Made by a program: the position numbers and the translations under genes. This document shows, one piece after another, positions 12,203-24,600 of a DNA stretch of 64,000 bases (position 1 is its first letter; every line of letters begins with the position of its first letter). Origin of the DNA: Macrostomum hystrix (taxonomy: Eukaryota; Animalia; Platyhelminthes). The stretch is from NCBI GenBank assembly GCA_950097015.1, contig CATNEN010000032.1, forward strand, positions 2,108,001 through 2,172,000. Direction: 5' to 3'. The notes beneath the pieces are model-generated. The model saw only the letters and a program-made list of their open reading frames with translations, made no database searches and was not told the origin of the DNA.

Positions 12203-13271
12203 ATCTAGGCTGGAGAAAACTACGAAAACTCCAACAGTGTTGGCTGTGCTATTCTCTTTTGAAGGCGGCGGTCTGACCTCTCTCCGATAGACTGACGGTT
12301 CTAGGAGTCGGAGGGAGGTCACGACTGTCTGACCTCCTCGTCTGGGGAAAGACTCCTTTCTGCTGCTGCTGCTGCCGCTGATGCTCCCGAGAAAGCAAGA
12401 GCAAATAAAAGCTGAGAAACTAAAGTATAAAAAGCAGAGCAGGGCATACTAGCGAAGTTTGAATCTATCTGACGAGTTTGAGCCCATTTTAAAGGCTTCG
12501 ATGCTGCTTATAAACTAGTGCCTCAGTTGAAGCCGCTGGATTCTATAGAATATTCTTCCAGAAAGAATTAACACACATGCAATAGCAAACATCTCACCAC
12601 ACGACAGAGCTACACTCTGGACCCCAAAAATCAATCTCAGAACTTCATATATCGAAAAATGCTAAACGTAGCACTTAAACATCCATAAGGGCTTTCTCGT
12701 CTCTCCGACGATAAGTACTTAGCAAAGCTTGGAGGCTAATTCCTTTAAATTCGATTCAGCCAAGCCTCAATTGATTTTCAAAACGAAGCAACTATACGCT
12801 CTCCAGGGCCGTTGAAAGGTTTATACACAGAGAAGGTTCATTCTCCAGTGATTGCATTTTGTAAGCTCAACTATGAAATTTGCTGACTAACTGGTACAAA
12901 ACCAGTCTGAAATGACTCCACAGTAGCTCTCTCATGATCTACAATGGCACTGACCTACGGAGTCACTGCATTTGTTCACTTTGCCAAAAAGTTTTTCAAT
13001 AACAACCAGTATTTACCCGACTGTTTGAACAGAGTCGATTGATTTTCTGAGAATGTTTGAGAATGATGAGAGGGGAGCCACTGAGCAGTCATTGGCTGTG
13101 TGGGTTTCGAGGGGAAGAGGCACTGAAAGGCAAAAGCTGTCTGAGCAGGCGGATGCACAGCAAATATAGAAATGCTTCCCATCTCGGTCTGTGTGCCTAT
13201 CAGAGGCCAGGAGATCATTTTGCCACAAAATTTACCTGGACCAAATGGACGATCACAAAGCAAGGCCCATC

Positions 13272-15488
13272 ATGACTCGGTCACTCGGCGTTGCCCTCAT
13301 ATTCGGCATTCTAGCCTCCAGCTCCGCAGCACAGCCCAGCCGTGTTTCCATCGAAGAACAGGCCATGTCGGTGCTGGGTCTGCGCGACGGCGCCTACAAC
13401 AAGGACGTCAGGCCGCCGCCTGATGCCGGGCAGGCCAACACCGTTACCATCACGATTCAGCTGAATAGCCTGGTTAAGGCGGTGAGCCTCCTATGCATTG
13501 TTATTGATAACTCTGGTATGAATTGGGGGTGAGTAGCAGAGCGTCTAACGCGTTTGACTCTCGCACCAGGGTCAATGCGTTTCGGACGCAGCCGCGGAGA
13601 GAAGGCTTCGTGGCTTGTCATGCAAATTTCGCCCTTTGAGGGCCAACCTCCAAGGCACAGTGAGTGTACACTGCCTGACAATGAGAAAGTCAGGGCAGAT
13701 GTACACACCTGTCTGAGTGGTGCCTGCGCACGGTATCTATGTGCGTGTGTGCTCAGGAGTCAGCGAAATGAGAAGAATGGCCTCCTCGCTGGCTACAGGT
13801 CTACTGTCAATAAATGATGTGCCATTGCCCGCAGCCCTCTTGCAACTATTATTTTTGTCATTGGTATAAATTATATTTTTGTGATTGAATTTTTCCTTTC
13901 TAGGACTCTTCAGCTCAACAAATCACTCTCCAGGTCTGGTTGGGATTGGTAAGACAGATCGCGCCTTATTCAAATTAGTATGTATGAAGGTACTTTCTTA
14001 TAGAAAATAAGTGATTAAAAACACTGCAGAAATGGCTGGACAGTCGGCTAGCGTGGCTGGACAAATTCAACTCCAGTCAGGCCATGGCTAACTTGACGGA
14101 AATGCTCGTGCCCACAGAGCGAATCTGGACTCCGGATGTAACATTCTACGATGTGTGAGGCAATGATCTACTTTTATTCTGATTAATGGCCCCTGAATGT
14201 TTCACCTGTTTTTTGAGTCCCAGAGGTTTTTTACTCCGAAGTTTTCTTCACATTCTAAGGTTTGGTTGCCCTATAATTTCACACCTAGTTTCACTAACAT
14301 CTATCGGAACAGGATGGACGTCAAGGACCTCACAGGCACCGTTGCCCAAATCCAGCTGAGCAGCAATGGAATGGCTCATCGCATAATGGGCCAACTGCTG
14401 ACAGTCAAGTGCGGCATGGCGATGCTTCACTTTCCTTATGATAGGCAGTCCTGCGTTGTCAAGGCTTCCACCATGATGCAGAGACAAGAGAAGCTGAAGC
14501 TGAGGATTGAAGAACAAGCCGCTCTGACGACTTTTCTAGTCAGAAGCAACGAATTCTGCCTGCAGAACCTGAGTCTTCGCATTGTACAAGCTGCTGATTA
14601 TGAATATGCAGAGTTCTTGGTGTCATTTCAAGTGAGTTCTATTACGGATCTGTCCTAACTATTGGCTTTCAGCTTTGAACCGTTTTCTCTTCAATGCTCA
14701 CCGAGATGTCTGACGTCTTCTTGTCTTCCTCACAGCGCATGTCGACCTTCTACATGGTGAACCTGATCCTGCCCAGCATCCTGCTGCTCGCCATCTCCTC
14801 CCTGACCTTCCGACTGCCGCCTGAGTGCGGCGAGAGAGTTTCGTTCAGCATCACCATCGTGCTGTCCATGTGCGTGTTCCTGCAGCTCACAGGCAACTAC
14901 ACGCCGACTCAGAGCGAGTCTGTACCCCTTCTCAGTGAGTACTTCGCTCTCTTAGATATCAAAATTCCATAATGCAAACGAGACAGGGGAGGGATGAGAG
15001 AGAGATGATACAGGGAAAAGATGAGACAGGTGTTGGAAGGGGCAACGGGCCGTATTTGGGAGCTTCGAGGGCCGCATCTGGGAGTTTGCCGACTAATGTG
15101 GGCTAGGCCATCATTTCATTTTCAATGTGTCATTTCAGCATGCTACTGCAGTCTGGCAGTCGTCATGACCATTGGTACAGTTTTCGGCAACACATTCGTG
15201 CTGAGCTGCCACCACAGGCAGACGAAAGAGTCTCGAGTCGATAATCGGTTAGTTCGGCTAATCTTTCTCAGCCGCATGGCTGCCTGCAGTGATAAAACGC
15301 GTAAAAAGGCCATTACACCTGTTAATGATGAGCCTGAGACATTCGCCAATGAATGGGCGGCCGTGGCCAGAGCAGCCGATCACTGCTTCTTCCTGCTCAT
15401 GCTGGCCATAACACTGGCCCTAGCTCTGGCCCTAGTCATCATTGAGTTGTCAACCTCCACTGGTCATTGTCTGGGGTCCAATGAATAG
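13272..15488 (+). CDS. Divergent nAChR/5-HT3-like cation Cys-loop receptor subunit, copy B, 415 aa; exons 13272-13481, 13904-13948, 14030-14154, 14313-14631, 14736-14934, 15139-15488
   Basis: Phase-consistent model (1248 nt). Signal peptide, RPP motif, WLDSRLAW, IWTPDVTFY, Cys-loop CGMAMLHFPYDRQSC, M1-M2 PPECGERVSFSITIVLS, and MA/M4 NEWAAVARAADHCFF. Confidence 0.92.
13525..13855 (+). mobile_element. SINE family 1, near full length (about 330 bp), in intron 1 of copy B
   Basis: GGGGGTGAGTAGCAGAGCG head, conserved body, and tail GCCATTGCCCGCAGCCCTCTTGCAACTATTATT. Confidence 0.8.
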
Positions 15489-15796
15489 ACCGAAGATTTG
15501 CGCACACACGGAAACCGAGAGCCTCAATGAGATTTTTCCCCGAGGATGAAAACCTACTGTTAGAGTTATTTACTTCCCATTCTCAGTTACTCCGCCAAAA
15601 AGTAAGTGCTTGTACTAGTTGTATCTAGATTCAAGTGGTAGTAATTTTAGAACACTTAGAGTTGGCAATCAATACAAACCAGCAAGCTGCTGTTTAAACG
15701 TTGTGCTGGATAAATACAGCTGGTAGATAAGGCAAGAAATTTATATTGAAAATTCTCCGGAGCTAATATTTCACCAGTGAAACTCAACCCCATCGA

Positions 15797-16778
15797 ATTT
15801 CTGCACCTGTTCTTCACTAGCTTAGACTACTCTTACTTGAGAGTTTGAGAGCATCAAATTTCTGCACCTGTTCTTCACTAGCTTAGACTACTCTTATATG
15901 AGAGTTTGAGAGCATCAAATTTCTGCACCTGTTCTTCACTAGCTTAGACTACTCTTATATGAGAGTTTGAGAGCATCAAATTTCTGCACCTGTTCTTCAC
16001 TAGCTTAGACTACTCTTACATGAGAGTTTGAGAGCATCAAATTTCTGCACCTGTTCTTCACGAGCTTAGACTACTCTTACATGAGAGTTTGAGAGCATCA
16101 AATTTCTGCACCTGTTCTTCACGAGCTTAGACTACTCTTATATGAGAGTTTGAGAGCATCAAATTTCTGCACCTGTTCTTCACTAGCTTAGACTACTCTT
16201 ACATGAGAGTTTGAGAGCATCAAATTTCTGCACCTGTTCTTCACTAGCTTAGACTACTCTTACATGAGAGTTTGAGAGCATCAAATTTCTGCACCTGTTC
16301 TTCACTAGCTTAGACTACTCTTACATGAGAGTTTGAGAGCATCAAATTTCTGCACCTGTTCTTCACTAGCTTAGACTACTCTTACATGAGAGTTTGAGAG
16401 CATCAAATTTCTGCACCTGTTCTTCACTAGCTTAGACTACTCTTATATGAGAGTTTGAGAGCATCAAATTTCTGCACCTGTTCTTCACTAGCTTAGACTA
16501 CTCTTACATGAGAGTTTGAGAGCATCAAATTTCTGCACCTGTTCTTCACGAGCTTAGACTACTCTTACATGAGAGTTTGAGAGCATCAAATTTCTGCACC
16601 TGTTCTTCACTAGCTTAGACTACTCTTATATGAGAGTTTGAGAGCATCAAATTTCTGCACCTGTTCTTCACTAGCTTAGACTACTCTTACATGAGAGTTT
16701 GAGAGCATCAAATTTCTGCACCTGTTCTTCACGAGCTTAGACTACTCTTACATGAGAGTTTGAGAGCATCAAATTTCT
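15797..16778. repeat. Tandem array, 61-bp unit, about 16 near-identical copies
   Basis: Unit AAATTTCTGCACCTGTTCTTCACTAGCTTAGACTACTCTTACATGAGAGTTTGAGAGCATC, with no spacers. Confidence 0.95.
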
Positions 16779-17344
16779 ACCTGTAAAAATCGGTGACGCA
16801 CTGACGATTGGAGATAACTCGTATACTTTCAGTTGCGCCTCTGCTCTGCCCGGAATATATCCTTTATCGTGACCAACTCTCAATGATGTTAGCACTATAG
16901 CAACTGTCTCTTTTAGTAATGCCACAGGACTACAATATTTTTTTTGCTTTTTGTAATTCATACTTATTTTGTTACATGTTTGGCACCCAAAATGGCGCTA
17001 TTTCAAATACTAATTATTTATATATCGCCATAAAGATTGTCATGAAAATAGTTAAATCTAAATCCATATAGACGTACAAAAGTGAACAGCTGAAAGTCAT
17101 CCATGCACAATAAATAGCAAGTAGATAAAGACAATAAATTTTAGTTTACACACGCGTCAAATTTCGTTATGAAACAAGAACAAGTCTATGTATCCCATAT
17201 TATGATGTATTTGGGATTTTTTCGCTTCCTTGTCCATAAAAACGCTGTGCCGCGACTTTCACGTCCTTCTGCCCGTTCTTTTTCGTTTGTTATTTATCTG
17301 CACTTTATACTGTTTAACTTTATTTTCTCACCCTCTCCCTGCTC

Positions 17345-17800
17345 GTTGATTGGTCATTCTATAATTGTTCTTTCTCTCGTGTCCAATCGTGTATTTCACC
17401 CCTCCCCTCACCCCCTCACCCACCCCCTGTCACGCACCCCCCTCACCCATTCTATAATTGTTCTTTCTCTCGTGTCCAATCGTGTATTTCACCCCTCCCC
17501 TCACCCCCTCACCCACCCCCTGTCACGCACCCCCCTCACCCATTCTATAATTGTTCCTTCTCTCGTGTCCAATCGTGTATTTCACCCCTCCCCTCACCCC
17601 CTCACCCACCCCCTGTCACGCACCCCCTCACCCATTCTATAATTGTTCTTTCTCTCGTGTCCAATCGTGTATTTCACCCCTCCCCTCACCCCCTCACCCA
17701 CCCCCTGTCACGCACCCCCTCACCCATTCTATAATTGTTCCTTCTCTCGTGTCCAATCGTGTATTTCACCCCTCCCTCACCCCGTCACCCACCCCCTGTA
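17345..17800. repeat. Tandem array, about 92-bp C-rich unit, 4-5 copies
   Basis: CATTCTATAATTGTTCTTTCTCTCGTGTCCAATCG recurs about every 92 bp. Confidence 0.9.
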
Positions 17801-18425
17801 TTTCATCTCTTACCCTCTGGCTCGTCCTCACTTCTCTCACCCCTTTAACCCCCTGTTTTTCTCGTGCTATTTAAATACTTGCTTTTGCACTCTTTTTGAG
17901 ACGGTCTCTCATTGCGAAGACTCAATTTATTGCATGAGTATAAAAAGAAATCACTAATTGTATTAGGAAATATTTATATAAATATATTTATATAGGTTGC
18001 TATGACAATCAGACCAAGCTAAGTATTTGCACTGCTAGCAGAAATACAGACATCGTACCTCGTATTTGCAAATCTGTTGCTTACACAGGGATGGACAAGA
18101 TTATTTACTGGTGTCAATTTATTTGGGAACTTGGGAGTGTTTGACTTGCACTGAATTTCACTACCATTGTCCTAATGCAAAGTGATTCGTAGGATCGGTG
18201 CGAATTATAGTAAACCAAATAGGAGCCCTTTTAAGCATGCTTGATTGGCCAAATAAGCACAATCCCATCATGCCATGTTCAAACATAGCTTCCCAAACTG
18301 TTGTTGATTTTATGAGAAGCGCGCGCTTAAATTTGCCAGATCTCGTTCTTACTCCTAATTTCCATCACATAGTGGCCTCTATCCTGCATTTAGAGAAGCT
18401 TTAGAGCTTCGCGCAGTGCCTGTTC

Positions 18426-20894
18426 ATGGTCTTCCTCCAGACTTTGTTCGCCCTTTGCTTCTGCTGCAGCGGTTTCTTGGCACAGACGACCTCCGGTGAC
18501 TGGACGCAGTCGCCGGATGAGGCTCTGATGCGAGGACTAGGACTAACTGGTGGTTACTGCATTGGGGCCAGACCACCTCCGGACAATGGCACCGCTAACA
18601 TCATCAGCGCCTTCGTGCAGTTCGCCAGTTTGGTCAAAATGGTGAGCTTTGTCAGCATCGAAAAAACGATTGACCGAACTTTATATCGTTCTGCTGCCTT
18701 TAAAAAATTTTAGGAATCCACTGCTCAACATCTGACGCAACAGCTCTGGCTCTCTCTGGTAAAAAACTAGCAATTAGTCTGAACTAGCATGAATTATTCA
18801 CAATGTATAGCTTGTTGTTTAATAAGACAGAAGCTATTACATGTTCGTTTTTACTCGTAGAACTGGGTTGACAAGCGGCTTGCCTGGCTTGGAAAATTCA
18901 ATTCAAGCTTCGATCACGTTGACAAAATTTTGGTGCCAAGCAGTCAGATCTGGCAGCCGGACTTTAGTTTCTATGATGTGTGAGTACACATTTTTTGTGT
19001 TCGCATGCAAACCACCTTGGATTGGCACCAGCATCTTGCTTGGTGATAAGAAAATATGAATTTGTGCTTTTGTCTCATTCTTACTCAAAACTCGCAATTA
19101 TTGCACACATCTCAATCATTCCATAGAATCGAGGTAAAAGACCTCACCGCGGGCAAGTCGTCAGTCAAAGTGTTAAAAAACGGTCGAGTGCATTCTATAA
19201 TTGGTGTGCAGGTGATCTCAAAGTGTCAGCTCAAGCTGCTTCAGTTTCCCTACGATCGGCAGACCTGCGCAGTCAAGCTCGCGCCCAATATGGACGATCC
19301 GGACTTCATCACCTACCAGGTGGGCTCGCTGGGTTCCAACGACACCGTGACGGACTACCTGACAGAGAGCAACGAGTTTTGCCTGCTTACCATGGGCATC
19401 GGTTTAAAAATATTTCCCCGCTATTCTTATGTTGAGTTCAGCATCAGCTTTCAGGTTCGCTGCTTTCCTGTCGCGTGTGAATCATTTTATTTGTTGTTTC
19501 AATGAAGTAAATTTTCCGCAAATTACAGCGAAGATCGACCTTCTACATGGTGAACCTGATCCTGCCCAGCATCCTGCTGCTCGCCATCTCCTCCCTGACC
19601 TTCCGACTGCCGCCTGAGTGCGGCGAGAGAGTCTCGTTCAGCATCACCATCGTGCTGTCCATGTGCGTGTTCCTGCAGCTCACAGGAAACTACACGCCAA
19701 CTCAGAGCGAGTCTGTGCCCCTGCTCAGTGAGTCTTTCGTATGAACATTGGCATTCCATTTCCTATGGAGACATTATTCACGTGGACTCAATATATACTG
19801 TTCTGCTACGTTGAATTTAAACTGCAGCGTGTTACTATAGCCTGGCGGTCCTCATGACGATGGCAAATGTTCTTGGAAATGTTTTCGTTCTTAGCTGCCA
19901 CCAACTGAGCCATCAAGAAGACGCCTCTGTTGGCAGTCGGATCATTCGGCTGGTTTTTCTTAATCGGCTTGGCTCAGCCAGGAGTAAAACTGGACCTGTA
20001 ACGCCTACCTGTGTGAGTTGGTCTATTAAGCTCAGGCGAACAGTTTTTTTAGAAATAATGAAAATGCTCTCAGGGCCATGAAAATACTGACTCATGCTTT
20101 CCAAAGACCACTAATAATAATAATAAATAATTGCAGGAGTGCTGCGGGCAATGGCACATCATTTGGTGACACTGGACCCACAACCAGCGAGGTGGTGATT
20201 CTGTCCGTTCCTCAGACCCCTGAGCACACACTCACACAGGTGTGTACATCTGACTTTCTCATCGCCAGTGTACACTCTTACTGTGCCTTGGAGGTTGGCC
20301 CTAAAGGGCGTAGATCGCACGTCAAGCCCCTAAGCCTCCTCTCAGCGGCTGCGCCCCAAATGAATGTGGCCTCGCCGCGGAATCGAGCTCAGGGACCTTG
20401 GTGCGACAGGCAAACGCGTTAATAGCTCTGCCACTCACACCATACAAGGACATTTAAAATTCATGGGAAAATTGTTGAAGGCCGATTTTCGCTGAAACTG
20501 CATTAGTGAGATAGGCAATGTGTTAATTAAACGAATAAAGTTGAGTAACAACTATGCAATACATTCCAGTTGAAGTGGTCATTGGTTGCTCTAAATCCTA
20601 TCACACGTTTTACATGTTAACGTATGAAGCATTCTAGTTTTTTTTGACCTTCTAATTGTTTTATTAAATCAACAGGTGCAAGACCAGCTGCAGAGTGATC
20701 CAGGCAAGTCAGCTTCTATAATCGGTGACGTCAGCTCATACAATGACAACGAATGGGCCATTGTTGTTCGAGCTGCCGACAAATGCTTCTTTATTGTGCT
20801 GTTGAGCATCGTGATCCTACTGACTGCTGCTCTGATTGTCATTGAACTGCTGGCGTCGAGGTTGGAATGCCTTCGTGAAGTTCAGAACCTTTGA
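18426..20894 (+). CDS. Divergent Cys-loop receptor subunit, copy C, 436 aa; exons 18426-18641, 18714-18758, 18861-18979, 19127-19454, 19529-19727, 19828-20012, 20676-20894
   Basis: Phase-consistent model (1311 nt). Cys-loop CQLKLLQFPYDRQTC; same M1-M2 as copy B; NEWAIVVRAADKCFF before M4. Confidence 0.92.
20110..20440 (-). mobile_element. SINE family 1, full length with (ATT)n tail, in intron 6 of copy C
   Basis: A/B-box head at the right end, body motifs, and TAATAATAATAATAAATAATTGCAGG tail at the left end. Confidence 0.8.
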
Positions 20895-21224
20895 ATACGC
20901 GCTTAGGTAGCGATTATCCGCCATGCTATTTAGGAAAATTGAAAGCCTAGTTAACAGTTTTTTCTCATTGAAATCGTCTATTTCGCAAGATTTCGGCTAT
21001 TATAGCAACTCCGTACTTAGATCTTCTAAAACATCTTTGTGATCTTTGACCTCTTCGCATCAGATTTTGATAGCCATTACTAATATATAGGGTACTTTAC
21101 TTGTAGTTTGTAATAACTAACTGTTTTTAACTATCTAGAAAAATAAAAAAGCAAAGTAAAGCAAGCCATTTTGCGACGGTCCGCTGAAATTCCGCAGGCC
21201 CCTTAGCACGCACAGATACGCGAT

Positions 21225-21400
21225 ACATGTTGGCAGGCACACACTCACACAGGTGTGTTCATTGTACTATAGGGGTTGGCCTATATTGGCGTGAAAGCCC
21301 CCCCCAAGTCTTTGTTACCACGGCTGCGCTCAATTTTTTTTTACTTAGCAACAGACTCAAGCTCAGGGATTTTGGTGGAAGAGGCGGATGCGTCACTACT
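21225..21400 (-). mobile_element. SINE family 1, degenerate copy
   Basis: ACACTCACACAGGTGTG, GGGGTTGGCC, CACGGCTGCGC and GCTCAGGGA fragments occur in family order. Confidence 0.55.
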
Positions 21401-21641
21401 CGGACACTGAACCCTATTTTGGGTACATGTTTTTACACGCAATTCCTTATGAATAACAGGCACTGCTTGCTGCTCGCGAGTTAGTTTAAAATTAGGCTTT
21501 ACACACAAAACGTATCGAAGAACTTGGCTGCTGATGCACAATGTCTCGTGGTCTAAGAGCATGGTCAGTTCGTACGAGTCAATCAACGTACATCAATGCG
21601 TTTCTGCAACTCAAAAAAATTATTAACTAAAAGTGCTCATT

Positions 21642-24600
21642 TCAGTTTTTGATGCAATCCGGTGACGCAGTGACGGCTTGAATAATTGCCAAAGCGATCA
21701 CGGTGACGCAGGTGAGGAAAGCGAACGCCACGAACAGGCAATCGTCGGCTACCGCAACCACCGTGCGCCATTCGTTTTCAGCATTCTGCAGAGAATTTTC
21801 GGAGGCTGCAGAAGAGCTGTTGAGCATAGTCGGGTCATTCTGAAGGAATAAGTACATTCAGGAACATTTTAGAACTCAAAGTTTTGATTGATGGTCCCGA
21901 AATAAACTAACTTAATAGAATAGCTGAGATAGATGTCTTTGGATTAATATGAGCTTAAACATTTTGAATTTTATATCGCCTAATGGAACTTAGAAGACAG
22001 ACACATGAACCTCAATGCATTTAACTGCAGTGATGTCTGTTAGTGGGTGTTATTGGTAAACTAACCTCGGATGGCTCACGATTTGGTGAGCGCTTAAATA
22101 CCATCAGAATGAACCGATTGAGAAACAGAAAGCGAACAAGCCGGCTGTGGACCTTGCTGCTCTTCTCGTGCCAAAAGTGGCAGCGCAACACGAAAACATT
22201 GCCTAGAACATTGGCCATGGTCATGATCACCGCCAGGCTATAGTACAGCGCTAAAATGCGATGTACGATTTTTTATTTATTTACTGCTTGAAGTTGGTTC
22301 TCAAATGCTGATCCGACTCACTCAGCACGGGCACAGACTGGCTCTGAGTCGGCGTGTAGTTGCCTGTGAGCTGCAGGAACACGCACATGGACAGCACGAT
22401 GGTGATGCTGAAGGAGACTCGCTCGCCGCACTCAGGAGGTAGGCAGAAGTTTAAGGCTGAGATGGCGAGCAGCAGGATGCTGGGCAGGATCAGGTTCACT
22501 ATGTAGAATGTTGGCAAACGCTGTCGGTCAATGGAGAAAAGTTTTAAAGAACTTTGAGCTTCGGACATCCGAGCGAGAGGTCGGGAGTTCGGATCTCAGT
22601 TCACCCTCGTGAAAAAGGATAGTTGCATCAGCTCGGTAAAAACTGGGTTGGGTTTTGCAGCCTCCGGGGGTGGGTGGCAGAGCGGTTTAACGAGTTTGCC
22701 TCTCGAACCAATGTCCCTGATTCCGCGGCGAGGCCACGTTTATTTGGCGCGCAGCCGCGGAGAGAAGGCTTGGGGCTTATCGTGCAATTTAAGCCCTTGA
22801 GGTCCAACCTCCAAGGCACAGTGAAAGTGTACACTGCCTGACGATGAGAAAGCCAGGGTAAACGTCCACACTTGTCTGAGTGTGTGCCTGCGTACAGTTA
22901 TCCGCTGGCAGGATTACCCGAAATTCGATTTCAATGGCGATGCGGTCATAAGCCAGGCCTGTGAATGGCTTGTCCATGGTTGCCTTGGTCAGGCAGTACT
23001 CGTTGCTGGCTGTATAGTTGTCAGTCGGCAGCTTCATGACGCCGTGAACCTCCTGGTTCAATCGCAACCTCAGAGTGTCACTGTACTGAACCATGGAGGC
23101 TATGTACTGGTGGCAGTTTTGCACGTCGAATGGAAAAGCAATCATTTGCATGCTGCACTTTAAAGTTGTCAGGTATTCGATGTCGCTTGAGATCTGTCCG
23201 TCGCTCATCAGCCTGAGCAGGATTATGTCACTCGACACTCGTTTAGAGTCGACTCTTGGGTTGGAAAGTTTTTTATTGTCTTGGCATTGATTATTGATTT
23301 GTATATTTTAGGCTGTCCTTAGCTTGCAGTCTACTTCATTAATCTAAGTAACCAGACTAAATTATGCATACGCTCGCACTCCTTCCTTGTCCTTGTCCAC
23401 TGTCCTTGAAAGGCCCGCATTCTCGTGAGCCGTTTCTCTCGCGACTCCAATCTCTCCCGTGTCTCATCTCTCCCGTGTCTCATCTCTCCTGTGTCTCATC
23501 TCTCCCGTGTCTCATCTCTCCTGTGTCTCATCTCTTCCGTGTCTCATCTCTCCCGTGTCTTATCTCTCCCGTGTCTCATCTCTCCTGTGTCTCATCTCTC
23601 CTGTGTCTCATCTCTCCTGTGTCTCATCTCTCCGGTGTCTCATCTCTCCCGTGTCTCATCTCTCCATTTTCAATCCAGCCCACTGACCTATTCTATTTTC
23701 TCTCTGAGCATAGATCTCACGGATCCAAGCAGTTGAACTCACAAGTCGTAGAAGGTCACATCCGGTAGCCAGGAGGCGCTAGCAGGGAGAAGGATGCTGC
23801 TGATGTTGTCTAGGCTGGAATTGAACTTTCCCTGCCATGCCAGTCGAGTGTCTCTCCAGCTCTTTAAATTTTTAAGAAAGAAATGGTATTCATTTTTGCT
23901 TTTTCCTTTATCATAGAGAGTAGACTATATCAGAGAGAGAGAGAGTAGACTATATCAGAGAGAGAGTAGACTATATCAGAGAGAGAGAGAGTAGACTATA
24001 TCAGAGAGAGAGTAGACTATATCAGAGAGAGAGAGAGTAGACTATATCAGAGAGAGAGAGAGAGTAGACTATATCAGAGAGAGAGAGAGTAGACTATATC
24101 AGAGAGAGAGAGAGTATACTATATCAGAGAGAGAGAGAGTAGACTATATCAGAGAGAGAGAGAGTAGACTATATCAGAGAGAGAGAGAGAGAAGACTATG
24201 TCAGAGAGAGAGAGAGAGTAGACTATATCAGAGAGAGAGAGTAGATTATATCAGAGAGAGAGTAGACTATATCAGAGAGAGAGAGAGTAGACTATATCAG
24301 AGAGAGAGTAGACTATATCAGAGAGAGAGAGAGTAGACTATATCAGAGAAAGAGAGTAGACTATATCAGAGAAAGAGAGTAGACTATATCAGAGAAAGAG
24401 AGTAGACTATATCAGAGAAAGAGAGTAGACTATATCAGAGAGAGAGTAGACTATATCAGAGAAAGAGAGTAGACTATATCAGAGAAAGAGAGTAGACTAT
24501 ATCAGAGAGAGAGTAGACTATATCAGAGAAAGAGAGTAGACTATATCAGAGAAAGAGAGTAGACTATATCAGAGAAAGAGAGTAGACTATATCAGAGAAA

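Larger units (their letters stand above)
8680..12447 (-). pseudogene. Divergent nAChR-like Cys-loop receptor, copy A, disrupted
   Basis: Paralogous exons at 12447-12203 + 11154-11149, 10960-10913, ~10878-10750, ~10702-10358, ~9927-9729, 9637-9459 and 8913-8680. Lesions: a frameshift in exon 1 (SPDEEV and VTSLRL..RPPP lie in different frames), a LINE inserted in exon 1, the first Cys-loop Cys replaced by Tyr (KYPMQLQTFPYDTQSC), and the M1-exon acceptor AG read as CG. Confidence 0.8.

Noticed and set aside
13525-13600. tRNA gene candidates (A/B boxes) at SINE heads
   Set aside because: No intact cloverleaf or acceptor stem, and each continues into a shared SINE body. They are called SINEs, not tRNAs.
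15797-16778. Regular 61-bp array superficially like a CRISPR array
   Set aside because: Units are contiguous with no unique spacers, there are no cas genes, and the context is eukaryotic and intron-rich. It is an ordinary tandem repeat.
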